Both the position numbers and the translations under genes were made by a program. Below the pieces are notes generated by a model. It worked only from the letters and a program-made list of their open reading frames with translations. It searched no databases and was not told where the DNA came from. DNA of 62,407 nt, filler included, from Clostridia bacterium (GTDB lineage Bacteria > CBDUZB01 > JAGLHV01): NCBI GenBank assembly GCA_030637025.1. It is 7 parts of 5 records of this genome, joined end to end, with 100 filler letters (N's around TTAATTAATTAA, not from the genome) between each part and the next. Parts side by side here need not be neighbours in the genome. Positions count along the whole stretch, not along the records: positions 1 to 4,378 come from DAOVVV010000070.1; positions 4,479 to 10,279 come from DAOVVV010000008.1; 5 more parts are not named here. The stretch is one strand, 5' to 3'. This document shows, one piece after another, positions 1 to 8,296 of the stretch (positions are counted from its first letter, which is position 1; every line of letters begins with the position of its first letter).

Positions 1-165
1 ATATGTTTTTCTCTAAACGCATAATTTTACCCTTCGGGCACGCAAAAACAAGCTAAAAATAAGCAACTCGCTTTGCTCAGACAAGCTTATTTTTTTAACG
101 CTAATTTTTGCTAAAATTTGCTAAGTCGTTCAAAACATATTTTACCTTTATTTTTTTGTTTTAAA
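1..165. repeat. Structured ~165-bp intergenic repeat, copy 1 (cut by window start)
   Basis: Aligns to 894-1060; long nested inverted repeats around an AACTCGCTTTGCTCAGACA core. Confidence 0.9.
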
Positions 166-170
166 TTTTG

Positions 171-195
171 CTTGTCCGCCAGTTCGTAAGGCGGG
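171..195. repeat. ~25-bp hairpin micro-repeat (CCGCCAGTNNNTAAGGCGG family)
   Basis: Related copies at 813-858 (two), 7350-7396 (two), 59588-59607 and 59691-59715 (inverted). Confidence 0.8.
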
Positions 196-271
196 AAATT
201 TGAATTTGAGAGTTTAAAATTCAGTTTGTAATTAAATGTTTAAATTACATTAATTACAGGGAGGATGATTT

Positions 272-751
272 ATGCGTGTAGGTATTGGTTATGATGTACA
301 TAAATTGGTTAAAGGGCGAAAGTTGATTTTGGGTGGGGTAGAAATACCTTTCGATTTAGGTCTTGATGGACATTCGGATGCTGATGTTTTATTACATGCA
401 ATAAGTGATGCTTTACTGGGAGCTTGCGGTAGGGGAGATTTAGGAAAATATTTTCCTTCTACTGATAATCGCTGGAAAGATATTTCCAGTTTACTTTTGT
501 TAAAAGAAGTTTATTCGATTGTAGAGGATGCCGGATATGAGATTAATAATCTGGATGTGGTAATTGTCTTAGAAGAACCTAAAATTTCTTCTTACACAGA
601 AAAAATAAAGCAAAATATTTCCGGTGTTCTCCAGATAAAAATAGAGGATATAAATATAAAATCTACTACTTCGGAAGGAATAGGTTTTGTCGGAAAACGA
701 GAAGGGGCAGCAGCTTACGCTGTAGTAACTATAATAAAAAAACAAATATAA
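272..751 (+). CDS. ispF: 2-C-methyl-D-erythritol 2,4-cyclodiphosphate synthase
   Basis: MRVGIGYDVH, GHSDADVLLHA motifs; GGAGG RBS. Confidence 0.98.
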   Translation: MRVGIGYDVHKLVKGRKLILGGVEIPFDLGLDGHSDADVLLHAISDALLGACGRGDLGKYFPSTDNRWKDISSLLLLKEVYSIVEDAGYEINNLDVVIVLEEPKISSYTEKIKQNISGVLQIKIEDINIKSTTSEGIGFVGKREGAAAYAVVTIIKKQI

Positions 752-812
752 TTGTTTTTTCTTTCGAAACCTCTTTCACCTTTATCCTTATTTTGATGGA
801 GCAAAGCGACAG

Positions 813-858
813 CCTGCCCGCCACTATGTAAGGTGGGTCCGTCAGTCAGTAAGGCGAG
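813..858. repeat. Tandem pair of hairpin micro-repeats
   Basis: cctgcccgccactatgtaaggtggg followed by tccgtcagtcagtaaggcgag. Confidence 0.75.
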
Positions 859-880
859 AAGTTGGAAGTTAGAACAGGGA

Positions 881-1060
881 AAATAAAGTCAAAACATGTT
901 TTTCTCTAGACGCATAATTTTACCCTGCGGGCACGCAAAAACAATCTAAAAATGGGAAACTCGCTTTGCTCAGACAGTCCCATTTTTTTAACGCTTGTTT
1001 TTGCTAAAATTTGCTAAGTCGTTCAAAACATATTTCACCTTCATTTTTTTTGTTTTGAAT
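881..1060. repeat. Structured intergenic repeat, copy 2
   Basis: Aligns to 1-165 with compensatory stem changes. Confidence 0.9.
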
Positions 1061-1178
1061 TTAGAGTTTTGAATTTGTTTAGTATTTGTTTTTTGTCCTT
1101 GTCTATGGACTATGGACTGTTTTTGTATTATTCTGGATTGTTTAACAACTACTCATAATTAATAGGAGACAAAAGAAT

Positions 1179-2651
1179 ATGTCTTTGGTAATATACAATA
1201 CCTTAAAAGCAAAAAAAGAAGAATTTAATTCTCTAAATAAGAACAAGGTAAATATGTATGTTTGTGGGGTAACCCCTTACGGCCCGGCACATTTGGGGCA
1301 TGCGCGATGTTATGTAACATTTGATACGATTAGGAGATATTTGGAGTATAAAGGGTATAAAGTAAAGTATATTCAGAATATAACCGATATAGATGATAAA
1401 ATAATAAAACAATCTCAGCAGGAAAATATTCCCTGGAAGGATCTATCTGAAAAATATTGGCAGGATTATATTGTAGTAATGAATAAATTAAATATAAAAG
1501 ATATGGATTGTTACTCTTCTGTGACAAGTCGTTATCCCCGGGCAACGGAATATATCCAGGAAATGCAGAAAATTATTCAGGCATTGATTGATAAAGGTTT
1601 TGCTTATGCAGTAGACGGTAGTGTATATTTTTCAGTAAGAAAATTTAATGGATATGGACAACTTTCTCACCGTGATTTTGAAGGAATGCGTTCAGGGGTT
1701 AGAATAAAAATAGAAGAGGCAAAGAAAGATCCCCTGGATTTTGTGCTCTGGAAAAAAGCCAAAGAGGGAGAACCTTTCTGGCCTTCACCCTGGGGGCCGG
1801 GCCGTCCGGGTTGGCATATTGAATGTTCAACAATGAGTCTAAAACTTTTGGGAGAAACTCTGGATATTCATGGTGGAGGGGCTGATTTAATTTTTCCTCA
1901 CCATGAAAATGAAATTGCTCAATCGGAAGCTTATACCGGAAAAAAATTTGTAAATTACTGGATGCATAATGGGTTTGTAACTATAAATAAAGAAAAAATG
2001 TCAAAATCATTGGGGAATGTTTTTAATTTAAAGGATATTTTTGAAAAATATCAGAATCTTTTTAAGTTTTATAATGAGTCACAAATAGGCCAGATAGTAC
2101 GTCTCTTTCTGCTTTCTCAACATTATCGTAGTCCTGTTGATTTTTTTGATGATAAATTAGAGCAGGCAAAGAAAAACTGGAAAAAAATTTGTTTTACCCT
2201 GGAGGATGTAGAGCTGGATTATCATAATGCAATTGAAAAAGGATATGATCTCGACATTCTAAGACAAGATGAAATAATAGATAAAATTATAAATGAATTT
2301 GAACATGCTATGGATGATGATTTTAATACTGCCCGGGCTTTAGCTGTAGTGCACAAGTTTATAAATCTTATAAACGAAAGAATCGGTATTGAAGAGCATT
2401 TACCCTGGCTAAAATTAGCACGTGAAAAAATGATAGGTTTATTGGATAATATTTTAGGTTTAAAATATATGGTTTCGGGTGTTCTAAGAGATTTTGATGG
2501 TATTAAAATAATTAAGTATAAAAAAGATAGAGAACAGGCAAGGAAAAATAAGGATTGGCCGGAGTCGGATAGAATACGTAGCGAATTAGAGAAAATGGGT
2601 TTTGTGGTGGAAGATACTCCTCAAGGGACTCGTTTAAGGAGAAAAAGATAA
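1179..2651 (+). CDS. cysS: Cysteine--tRNA ligase
   Basis: YVCGVT, HLGH, PGWHIECS, FPHHENE and KMSKS motifs. Confidence 0.98.
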   Translation: MSLVIYNTLKAKKEEFNSLNKNKVNMYVCGVTPYGPAHLGHARCYVTFDTIRRYLEYKGYKVKYIQNITDIDDKIIKQSQQENIPWKDLSEKYWQDYIVVMNKLNIKDMDCYSSVTSRYPRATEYIQEMQKIIQALIDKGFAYAVDGSVYFSVRKFNGYGQLSHRDFEGMRSGVRIKIEEAKKDPLDFVLWKKAKEGEPFWPSPWGPGRPGWHIECSTMSLKLLGETLDIHGGGADLIFPHHENEIAQSEAYTGKKFVNYWMHNGFVTINKEKMSKSLGNVFNLKDIFEKYQNLFKFYNESQIGQIVRLFLLSQHYRSPVDFFDDKLEQAKKNWKKICFTLEDVELDYHNAIEKGYDLDILRQDEIIDKIINEFEHAMDDDFNTARALAVVHKFINLINERIGIEEHLPWLKLAREKMIGLLDNILGLKYMVSGVLRDFDGIKIIKYKKDREQARKNKDWPESDRIRSELEKMGFVVEDTPQGTRLRRKR

Positions 2652-2655
2652 AGTA

Positions 2656-3390
2656 ATGGAAGATATAGTATATGGGAGGAATGCAGTTTGGGAGGTTATA
2701 AAAGGAGAATCGCGTCAGATAGAGGAAGTACAAATAGTAAAAGGAACAAAGGGAGATAGAATTAATCAAATTATAGGGATGGCGAAAAGCAAAAATATAG
2801 CTGTTCATTATGTAAATAGTTATAAATTAAATAAAGCAACCCAAAATCAAAATCATCAGGGTGTAGTTGTTTATGTTGGGGAAAAAAAACAGATTACTTT
2901 GCCGGAATTATTAGAGTCTTTAAAACAAAAAAAACCTTTTTTATGTTTACTGGATCAAATTTGTGACCCACATAATGTCGGAGCAATTATTAGAAGTGCT
3001 TATCTTTGTGGGGTAAATGGGATAATTATTTCTGAAAGACAGTCTTGCGGAATAAATTCAACGGTGGTAAAGGTTTCTTCCGGGGCAACAGAATATATGC
3101 CAATAGTTCAGGTTGGTAATTTAGTAAATACAATAGAAAAGTTAAAACAAAAAAATATTTGGATAGTCGGAGCTGATATTTCAGGTGGGGTGTGTTATCA
3201 AACGGATTTAAATTGTGCTATAGCATTGGTAATTGGAAGTGAAGGTAAAGGATTGAGAAGATTGGTAAGCGAATCTTGTGATTTTTTAGTCAAAATTCCT
3301 ATATCCGGGGAGATATCTTCTTTTAATGCTTCTTGTTCAGCGGCAATATTAATGTATGAAATAATGCGTCAAAAAAATTTGCAGAGATGA
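2656..3390 (+). CDS. rlmB: 23S rRNA (Gm2251) 2'-O-methyltransferase, SpoU family
   Basis: DPHNVGAIIRSA, GSEGKGL, SFNAS motifs; conserved cysS-rlmB order. Confidence 0.93.
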   Translation: MEDIVYGRNAVWEVIKGESRQIEEVQIVKGTKGDRINQIIGMAKSKNIAVHYVNSYKLNKATQNQNHQGVVVYVGEKKQITLPELLESLKQKKPFLCLLDQICDPHNVGAIIRSAYLCGVNGIIISERQSCGINSTVVKVSSGATEYMPIVQVGNLVNTIEKLKQKNIWIVGADISGGVCYQTDLNCAIALVIGSEGKGLRRLVSESCDFLVKIPISGEISSFNASCSAAILMYEIMRQKNLQR

Positions 3391-3429
3391 AATCTTTTTA
3401 TTTTTAGAAAAAAGACATCAAAAAGAAGC

Positions 3430-3458
3430 TTGACAAGAATTAATTTAATAAATATAAT
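3430..3458 (+). promoter_or_regulatory. Consensus sigma70 promoter of the tRNA-tuf operon
   Basis: TTGACA-17 nt-TATAAT. Confidence 0.85.
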
Positions 3459-3581
3459 GCTATTTGGATATGTAATTAATAAGCGATTTAATTAAAAAAA
3501 CAGAATGAATTAAAGTTTTAAAGTATTGAAGTTTTTCAGTATAGTTTTTAAGTTGGTTTTTTTGTTTTTAGTTTCTGTCTT

Positions 3582-3653
3582 GCCGATGTAGCTCAATGGT
3601 AGAGCAATTGATTTGTAATCAATAGGTTGGAGGTTCGATCCCTCTCATCGGCT
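3582..3653 (+). tRNA. tRNA-Thr(TGT)
   Basis: Cloverleaf; anticodon arm attga-tt TGT aa-tcaat; CCA not encoded. Confidence 0.96.
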
Positions 3654-3692
3654 TTTTAAGGAAAAGTGTAATTTTTTAGGTATAGATTTTAA

Positions 3693-3776
3693 GGGCAGGT
3701 GCCGGAGTGGCTAATCGGGCTGGGCTGTAAACCCAGTGGACGTAGTCCTACGGAGGTTCGAATCCTCCCTTGCCCA
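3693..3776 (+). tRNA. tRNA-Tyr(GTA)
   Basis: ctggg-ct GTA aa-cccag, long variable arm, GGTTCGAATCC. Confidence 0.96.
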
Positions 3777-3842
3777 TATTTTGAAGATATTTTGTTATGT
3801 ATGGAATTGAATAGAAATGGAAGTGATGGACAATTAAATAGT

Positions 3843-3913
3843 GCGGGAGTAGCACAATGGTAGTGCTCTAGCCTTCCAAGCTAGCCACGTGGGTCCGATT
3901 CCCATCTCCCGCT
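3843..3913 (+). tRNA. tRNA-Gly(TCC)
   Basis: ctagc-ct TCC aa-gctag; T-loop TCCGATT. Confidence 0.95.
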
Positions 3914-3944
3914 TTGGATTTTTTTATTTTCTCTATTGAGATTT

Positions 3945-4017
3945 GCCCACGTAGCTCAGTTGGTAGAGCACACCCTTGGTAAGGGTGTGGTCAGCGGTCC
4001 GATTCCGCTCGTGGGCT
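3945..4017 (+). tRNA. tRNA-Thr(GGT)
   Basis: caccc-tt GGT aa-gggtg; T-loop TCCGATT. Confidence 0.95.
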
Positions 4018-4060
4018 TTTGGTTTGTTTATAAAATTAAAAAAAGAAAGGGGTATTAAAA

Positions 4061-4378
4061 ATGGCTAAAGAAAAATTTGAAAGAACGAAACCACATGTAA
4101 ACATAGGAACGATAGGACATGTGGATCACGGGAAAACAACGTTAACTGCTGCGATAACCCAGTGTTTATCCAAATCAGGGAACTCGCAGGCGAAAGGGGT
4201 TTGGGACATAGATAATGCTCCGGAAGAAAAAGAGCGGGGTGTAACCATAAATGTAGCCCATGTGGAGTATGAAACAGCGGCGCGGCACTATGCACATATA
4301 GATTGTCCCGGGCATGCTGATTATATAAAGAATATGATTACCGGTTCAGCGCAGATGGACGGGGCGATATTGGTGGTA
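4061..4378 (+). CDS. tuf: Elongation factor Tu (5' part, cut by contig end)
   Basis: [35 protein letters not shown]; follows the Thr-Tyr-Gly-Thr tRNA cluster. Confidence 0.98.
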
Positions 4379-4478
4379 NNNNNNNNNNNNNNNNNNNNNN
4401 NNNNNNNNNNNNNNNNNNNNNNTTAATTAATTAANNNNNNNNNNNNNNNNNNNNNNNNNNNNNNNNNNNNNNNNNNNN
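4379..4478. other. Artificial contig spacer
   Basis: N44-TTAATTAATTAA-N44. Confidence 0.98.
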
Positions 4479-4700
4479 CTAAGATTAGAAGCCGGGATGG
4501 CCTGGAGAGTCATAATTGCTGCTGAAATGGTGGCTATTCCTACAGGTATTGGGGCTTTATTGATGAGGGCAGAGAGCTTGCTGCGGATAGATATAATTAT
4601 CGTATGCTTGATTGTTTTAGCAGTAATGTGTTTAATCTTTGAGAGGTTTTTTATTTATCTTGAATACAAATTGACGCATAAATGGAGACAGTATGCCTAA
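4479..4700 (+). CDS. ABC permease, SsuC/TauC type (3' fragment)
   Basis: AWRVIIAAEM...GIG motif followed by a TM helix; frame open from the contig edge. Confidence 0.85.
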   Translation, partial: LRLEAGMAWRVIIAAEMVAIPTGIGALLMRAESLLRIDIIIVCLIVLAVMCLIFERFFIYLEYKLTHKWRQYA

Positions 4701-5448
4701 TATTAAATTAAAAAACATTAAAAATTTTATATGCCACGATATAAACCTGGAAATATTTGATAAAGAATTTTTGGTTCTTTGGGGCCCAACAGGTGCAGGG
4801 AAGACGACCTTACTTAATATTATTGCAGGACTCACTGAATATGAAGGTTCGGTTTTGTTTGATGACGTTTCTGTAGATAAGCTTCCTGTTTCCCAAAGAA
4901 AAACAGGATATCTCTTTCAGAATCTAATATTATTTCCTCATTTAAATGTTAAATTAAATATAGCTTATGGACTTCGTATGCAGGGCAAACTTAAAGATGA
5001 GGTGGAATTAAGGGTAGATGAGTTGTTGAAATTAATGGGAATAGAACATCTCGCCCATCGCTATCCTAAAGATTTAAGTGGCGGGGAAAAACAGAGGGTT
5101 GCTTTGGCGAGAGCCGTTGCTCCGTCTCCTAAAATTATGCTTTTTGATGAACCGTTAAATAGTCTGGATTTTAATACTGCCAGATACCTGCGAACAGAAA
5201 TTCACAAACTTCAGAGAAAGCTGGGAGTCGTTACTATATATGTCACACATTGTTTTGAAGAAGCCTTTGCCCTGGCTGATAGGGTTGTCATGTTAAATAA
5301 TGGTAGGATTGTTCAGGTGGATTTTCCGGAGAATATATTTGAAAAAGACAATTACCGTATTATAACAGAGCAGAGGTACTGTGATTGTCATAAAGAGGAT
5401 AAAACCGCTTCAACTCAAATTGAATTAAAGGTCAGGTCATTCCTATGA
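4693..5448 (+). CDS. ABC transporter ATP-binding protein
   Basis: GPTGAGKTT, LSGGEKQRVALARA, FDEP. Confidence 0.95.
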   Translation: MPNIKLKNIKNFICHDINLEIFDKEFLVLWGPTGAGKTTLLNIIAGLTEYEGSVLFDDVSVDKLPVSQRKTGYLFQNLILFPHLNVKLNIAYGLRMQGKLKDEVELRVDELLKLMGIEHLAHRYPKDLSGGEKQRVALARAVAPSPKIMLFDEPLNSLDFNTARYLRTEIHKLQRKLGVVTIYVTHCFEEAFALADRVVMLNNGRIVQVDFPENIFEKDNYRIITEQRYCDCHKEDKTASTQIELKVRSFL

Positions 5449-5494
5449 TATCCTGGAGATAAACAAAAAAAGAGCGCATTACTGCTAAAATAAT

Positions 5495-6352
5495 ATGTGT
5501 GCCGAGGAAGTAAGGAAAATGCATATACGGCATATGAATAAAGAAGACTTACCGGCTATTTTACAAATGACTTTGGAGGAAGGCTGGATATCCGATTTAA
5601 ATGAGTTCCGAATGTTTATTGAATTTAATCCCCAAGGATGTTTTGTTTGTACCGAAGGTGATCGGGTGATTGGTTCTATTATGACTTTTTGCCATAGCAA
5701 AAGTGCCTGGATAGGTAATTTTATTGTGGCTAAAGAATACCGGGCAAAGGGAATCGGTAAAGAACTTTTGTCACGGGCAATTAATTATTTAAACAAAGAA
5801 AAAAAAGAGCAATTTTTTTTAAATGCAGCTTATCAGGCAGAGGAATTGTATAAAAGGTTTGGTTTTAAGAGAGTTGTGCCGGTAAATCGTTGGCTGGGTA
5901 GAGCATTGAACCCTGTTAATAGTGTAAAAAATTTATCCGAAGTTATTCCGGATTGTTCAAGTTTTGTAGAATTAGATGCTTTTTTATGGAAAGAAGAAAG
6001 ATTTTCTTTAATTTTCCGTTTTTTATCTTCCCGTAATTATCAAGTATATCTTAATCCTTTTGGATTTTTAATGTATGGGGGCATAAGAGACTTTATTGCT
6101 GTTGGTCCCTGGGAATTGGAAAGTGAAAACGAAGATATAGCTGAAAAATTATTTGTTTCGGCTTTGTCTGACTTGAAGTCTGAAAGTAAAATAGTTTTAG
6201 ATGTTCCCTCCACAAATAAGCTAGCAGAAAAAATATTAATAAAGTACAAATTTGAAATAATTAGTTCTACTCTTTTTATGTGTCGTGGCAGGGTGCCTGA
6301 AATTCATTTCGGCAGGATTTTCAGCTTTGCCAGTATGGGTTCTATGGGGTAA
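5495..6352 (+). CDS. GNAT family N-acetyltransferase (start may be 5519)
   Basis: YRAKGIGKEL acetyl-CoA motif, LYKRFGF; YitH-like two-domain size. Confidence 0.85.
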   Translation: MCAEEVRKMHIRHMNKEDLPAILQMTLEEGWISDLNEFRMFIEFNPQGCFVCTEGDRVIGSIMTFCHSKSAWIGNFIVAKEYRAKGIGKELLSRAINYLNKEKKEQFFLNAAYQAEELYKRFGFKRVVPVNRWLGRALNPVNSVKNLSEVIPDCSSFVELDAFLWKEERFSLIFRFLSSRNYQVYLNPFGFLMYGGIRDFIAVGPWELESENEDIAEKLFVSALSDLKSESKIVLDVPSTNKLAEKILIKYKFEIISSTLFMCRGRVPEIHFGRIFSFASMGSMG

Positions 6353-6389
6353 GGTTAAAAAGAAAGCAGGAAAATGGATTCCTGCTTTC

Positions 6390-6529
6390 CAGACTGTGTC
6401 ATAAACCCATTTTTGGTAGTCGCAGGCTTTCTTGTCCGCCTCTGGAGGAAGCCTGCGAAAAATCTCCGACAATAACGCAACCTAAAGGTTACGGCTACCA
6501 CATAAAAATATTAATTGTGACACAATCTG
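6390..6529. mobile_element. MITE-like element (15-bp TIRs) enclosing a GTAG-type REP pair
   Basis: CAGACTGTGTCATAA ... TTGTGACACAATCTG (13/15 inverted match); internal GGTAGTCGCAGGCT..AGCCTGCG and CGCAACCTAAAGGTTACGGCTACC. Confidence 0.7.
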
Positions 6530-6893
6530 TTCACAGAATGAAAAAAGAACAAGAAATACAATTCGGCAACAGCCTCAATTTATAAAGGGTGAGTATAGTA
6601 AAGATGTAAAGATTTGGTCAAAATGCTTAAAAACGAACAAAAAAGGTCAGTATAATAGATCTTTAAGGATAAGCTATATAAGCTATAATAGAAAAAAAAC
6701 AGAATTGTTTTTATGAAAAAACCTTCACAAAAAAACTCCGGTTTTTATAATTAAAGAAACCCTTTCCTCCTTATCAGCGTTGAAGATTTTTTGATTTTTT
6801 AGAAATATCATAGAGAATTTTTAACCGGACTTACGAATTTTTCCAGACTTGATTTTAAAGGTAACCATATTTTGTTTTTAGATTTTAGAATTT

Positions 6894-6910
6894 TTGGCAA
6901 TATAATTGCA
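6894..6910 (+). promoter_or_regulatory. Putative sigma54 (-24/-12) promoter
   Basis: TTGGCAATATAATTGCA with exact GG-N10-GC spacing, upstream of a nitrogen-uptake operon. Confidence 0.7.
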
Positions 6911-6998
6911 TAAGAAAGTAATGAGAAACTTCAGGTTAGGGGGAAAAATTAGATATTTTTTACCTGATATTTTAATATAAAAGGAGGTGAGATTTAAA

Positions 6999-7319
6999 AT
7001 GAAAAAAATCGAATGTATCATCCGTGCCGAAAAATTAAAAGAATTAGAAAAATCTTTAAGGGAAGCGGGTGTAGGTGGAATGACTATTACCGAAGTAAAA
7101 GGATTTGGAAGGGAAACTACCCGGCCGGAAGCGTATCTGATTTTACCCAAGACTAAAATCGAAATATATGCGACAGATGAACAGGTAGAAGAATTAATTT
7201 CGGTAATGATTGATATTTGTGGTACGGGTAAATTAGGTGATGGAAAAGTTGTTGTTTTACCAATAGAAGATGTTGTTCGAATAAGAACAGGAGAACGTCA
7301 GGATAATGCGTTACTTTAA
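6999..7319 (+). CDS. P-II family nitrogen regulator with shortened T-loop
   Basis: MKKIECIIR, VKGFG, TGKLGDGKV, RIRTGE; ATG 6999 follows AAGGAGG. Confidence 0.93.
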   Translation: MKKIECIIRAEKLKELEKSLREAGVGGMTITEVKGFGRETTRPEAYLILPKTKIEIYATDEQVEELISVMIDICGTGKLGDGKVVVLPIEDVVRIRTGERQDNALL

Positions 7320-7320
7320 A

Positions 7321-7489
7321 AGAGTTCTGCAAAAGGCAATATTCTGCGTGCCTGTCCGCCAGTCTGTAAGGTGGATTCGCCAGTCCATAAGGCGGGTCAT
7401 TCCGCACTTGATGCGGAATCTATAATGTAATGGATTCCTGCTTTCGCAGGAATGACAAAAAAGAGAAAAAGCTATTTTGCAGAAGTCTA
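7321..7489. mobile_element. MITE family A, copy 1
   Basis: AGAGTTCTGCAAAA ... TTTTGCAGAAGTCT TIRs; internal GTCATTCC/GGAATGAC REP-like doublet; TTACTTTAAA on both flanks. Confidence 0.82.
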
Positions 7490-7518
7490 TTACTTTAAAA
7501 AAAAGGGGGAAAGATTAA

Positions 7519-8271
7519 ATGTTTAAAAGATTAATGATGTTTTTGTTGGGATGTTTTTTAGTTGGGGGTATTGGAATAACCGGAGTGTATGCAGAGGAAG
7601 AAGAGGGAGTTTTAATTGGTTCAGCATTTGAAGTTAGTTCAGATGTTGCCATAAATTCTAAGTATGTTTGGAGAGGTTTTCTTCTGGATGATGACCCGGT
7701 TATGCAGTCAGGACTATACATAAGTGCATATGGTGTTAGTGCCAGTGTATGGGGAAGTTTTGCTATGTGTTCTGATGACGATTGTTTTTCAGACGAGGTT
7801 GATTATTCCATCGATTACACCTATAGCACAGATAAATTTAGTTTATCCATAGGGCATATTTATTATGATTTTCCGCTTTTTGATGCATTTAGTAAAGAAG
7901 TCTATATAGGTGGAGCAGTTGATTGTCTCTTATCTCCATCTTTAACCTTGTACCAGGATTATAGTGAAGAGGATTCCGGAGGGGGCGATGGAAGTTATTT
8001 AGTATTATCGTTAGGCCATAGTCTTTCCTTGGGTAGTGGACCGGTTACGCTTGATTTAAGTGGTCATATTGGGGCTAACCAGGAACTTTTTATCGAGGGT
8101 GAAGGGGGAGATATTGCTTTAGGAGCAGGATTGACTGTCCCTTTAACAGCTAAATGTTCTGTTGCACCTAGTATTAATTATTCAATGCCTTTTGGGGATT
8201 TAGAAGATGAAGCAGATGGTAATCAGGAAGCAGAATTTTATGGTGGAATTATTCTGTCTTTTAGTATGTAA
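7519..8271 (+). CDS. Outer-membrane beta-barrel, TorF/TIGR02001-like putative porin
   Basis: Signal peptide, SKYVWRG motif, EVDY, amphipathic C-terminal strand; amt/P-II context. Confidence 0.75.
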   Translation: MFKRLMMFLLGCFLVGGIGITGVYAEEEEGVLIGSAFEVSSDVAINSKYVWRGFLLDDDPVMQSGLYISAYGVSASVWGSFAMCSDDDCFSDEVDYSIDYTYSTDKFSLSIGHIYYDFPLFDAFSKEVYIGGAVDCLLSPSLTLYQDYSEEDSGGGDGSYLVLSLGHSLSLGSGPVTLDLSGHIGANQELFIEGEGGDIALGAGLTVPLTAKCSVAPSINYSMPFGDLEDEADGNQEAEFYGGIILSFSM

Positions 8272-8296
8272 ATACAAGAAAGGAGGAAATAAAAAG

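Noticed and set aside
4379-4478. Recurrent TTAATTAATTAA within N runs (six places)
   Set aside because: Artificial six-frame-stop linker joining contigs; not biological, and adjacency across it is meaningless.
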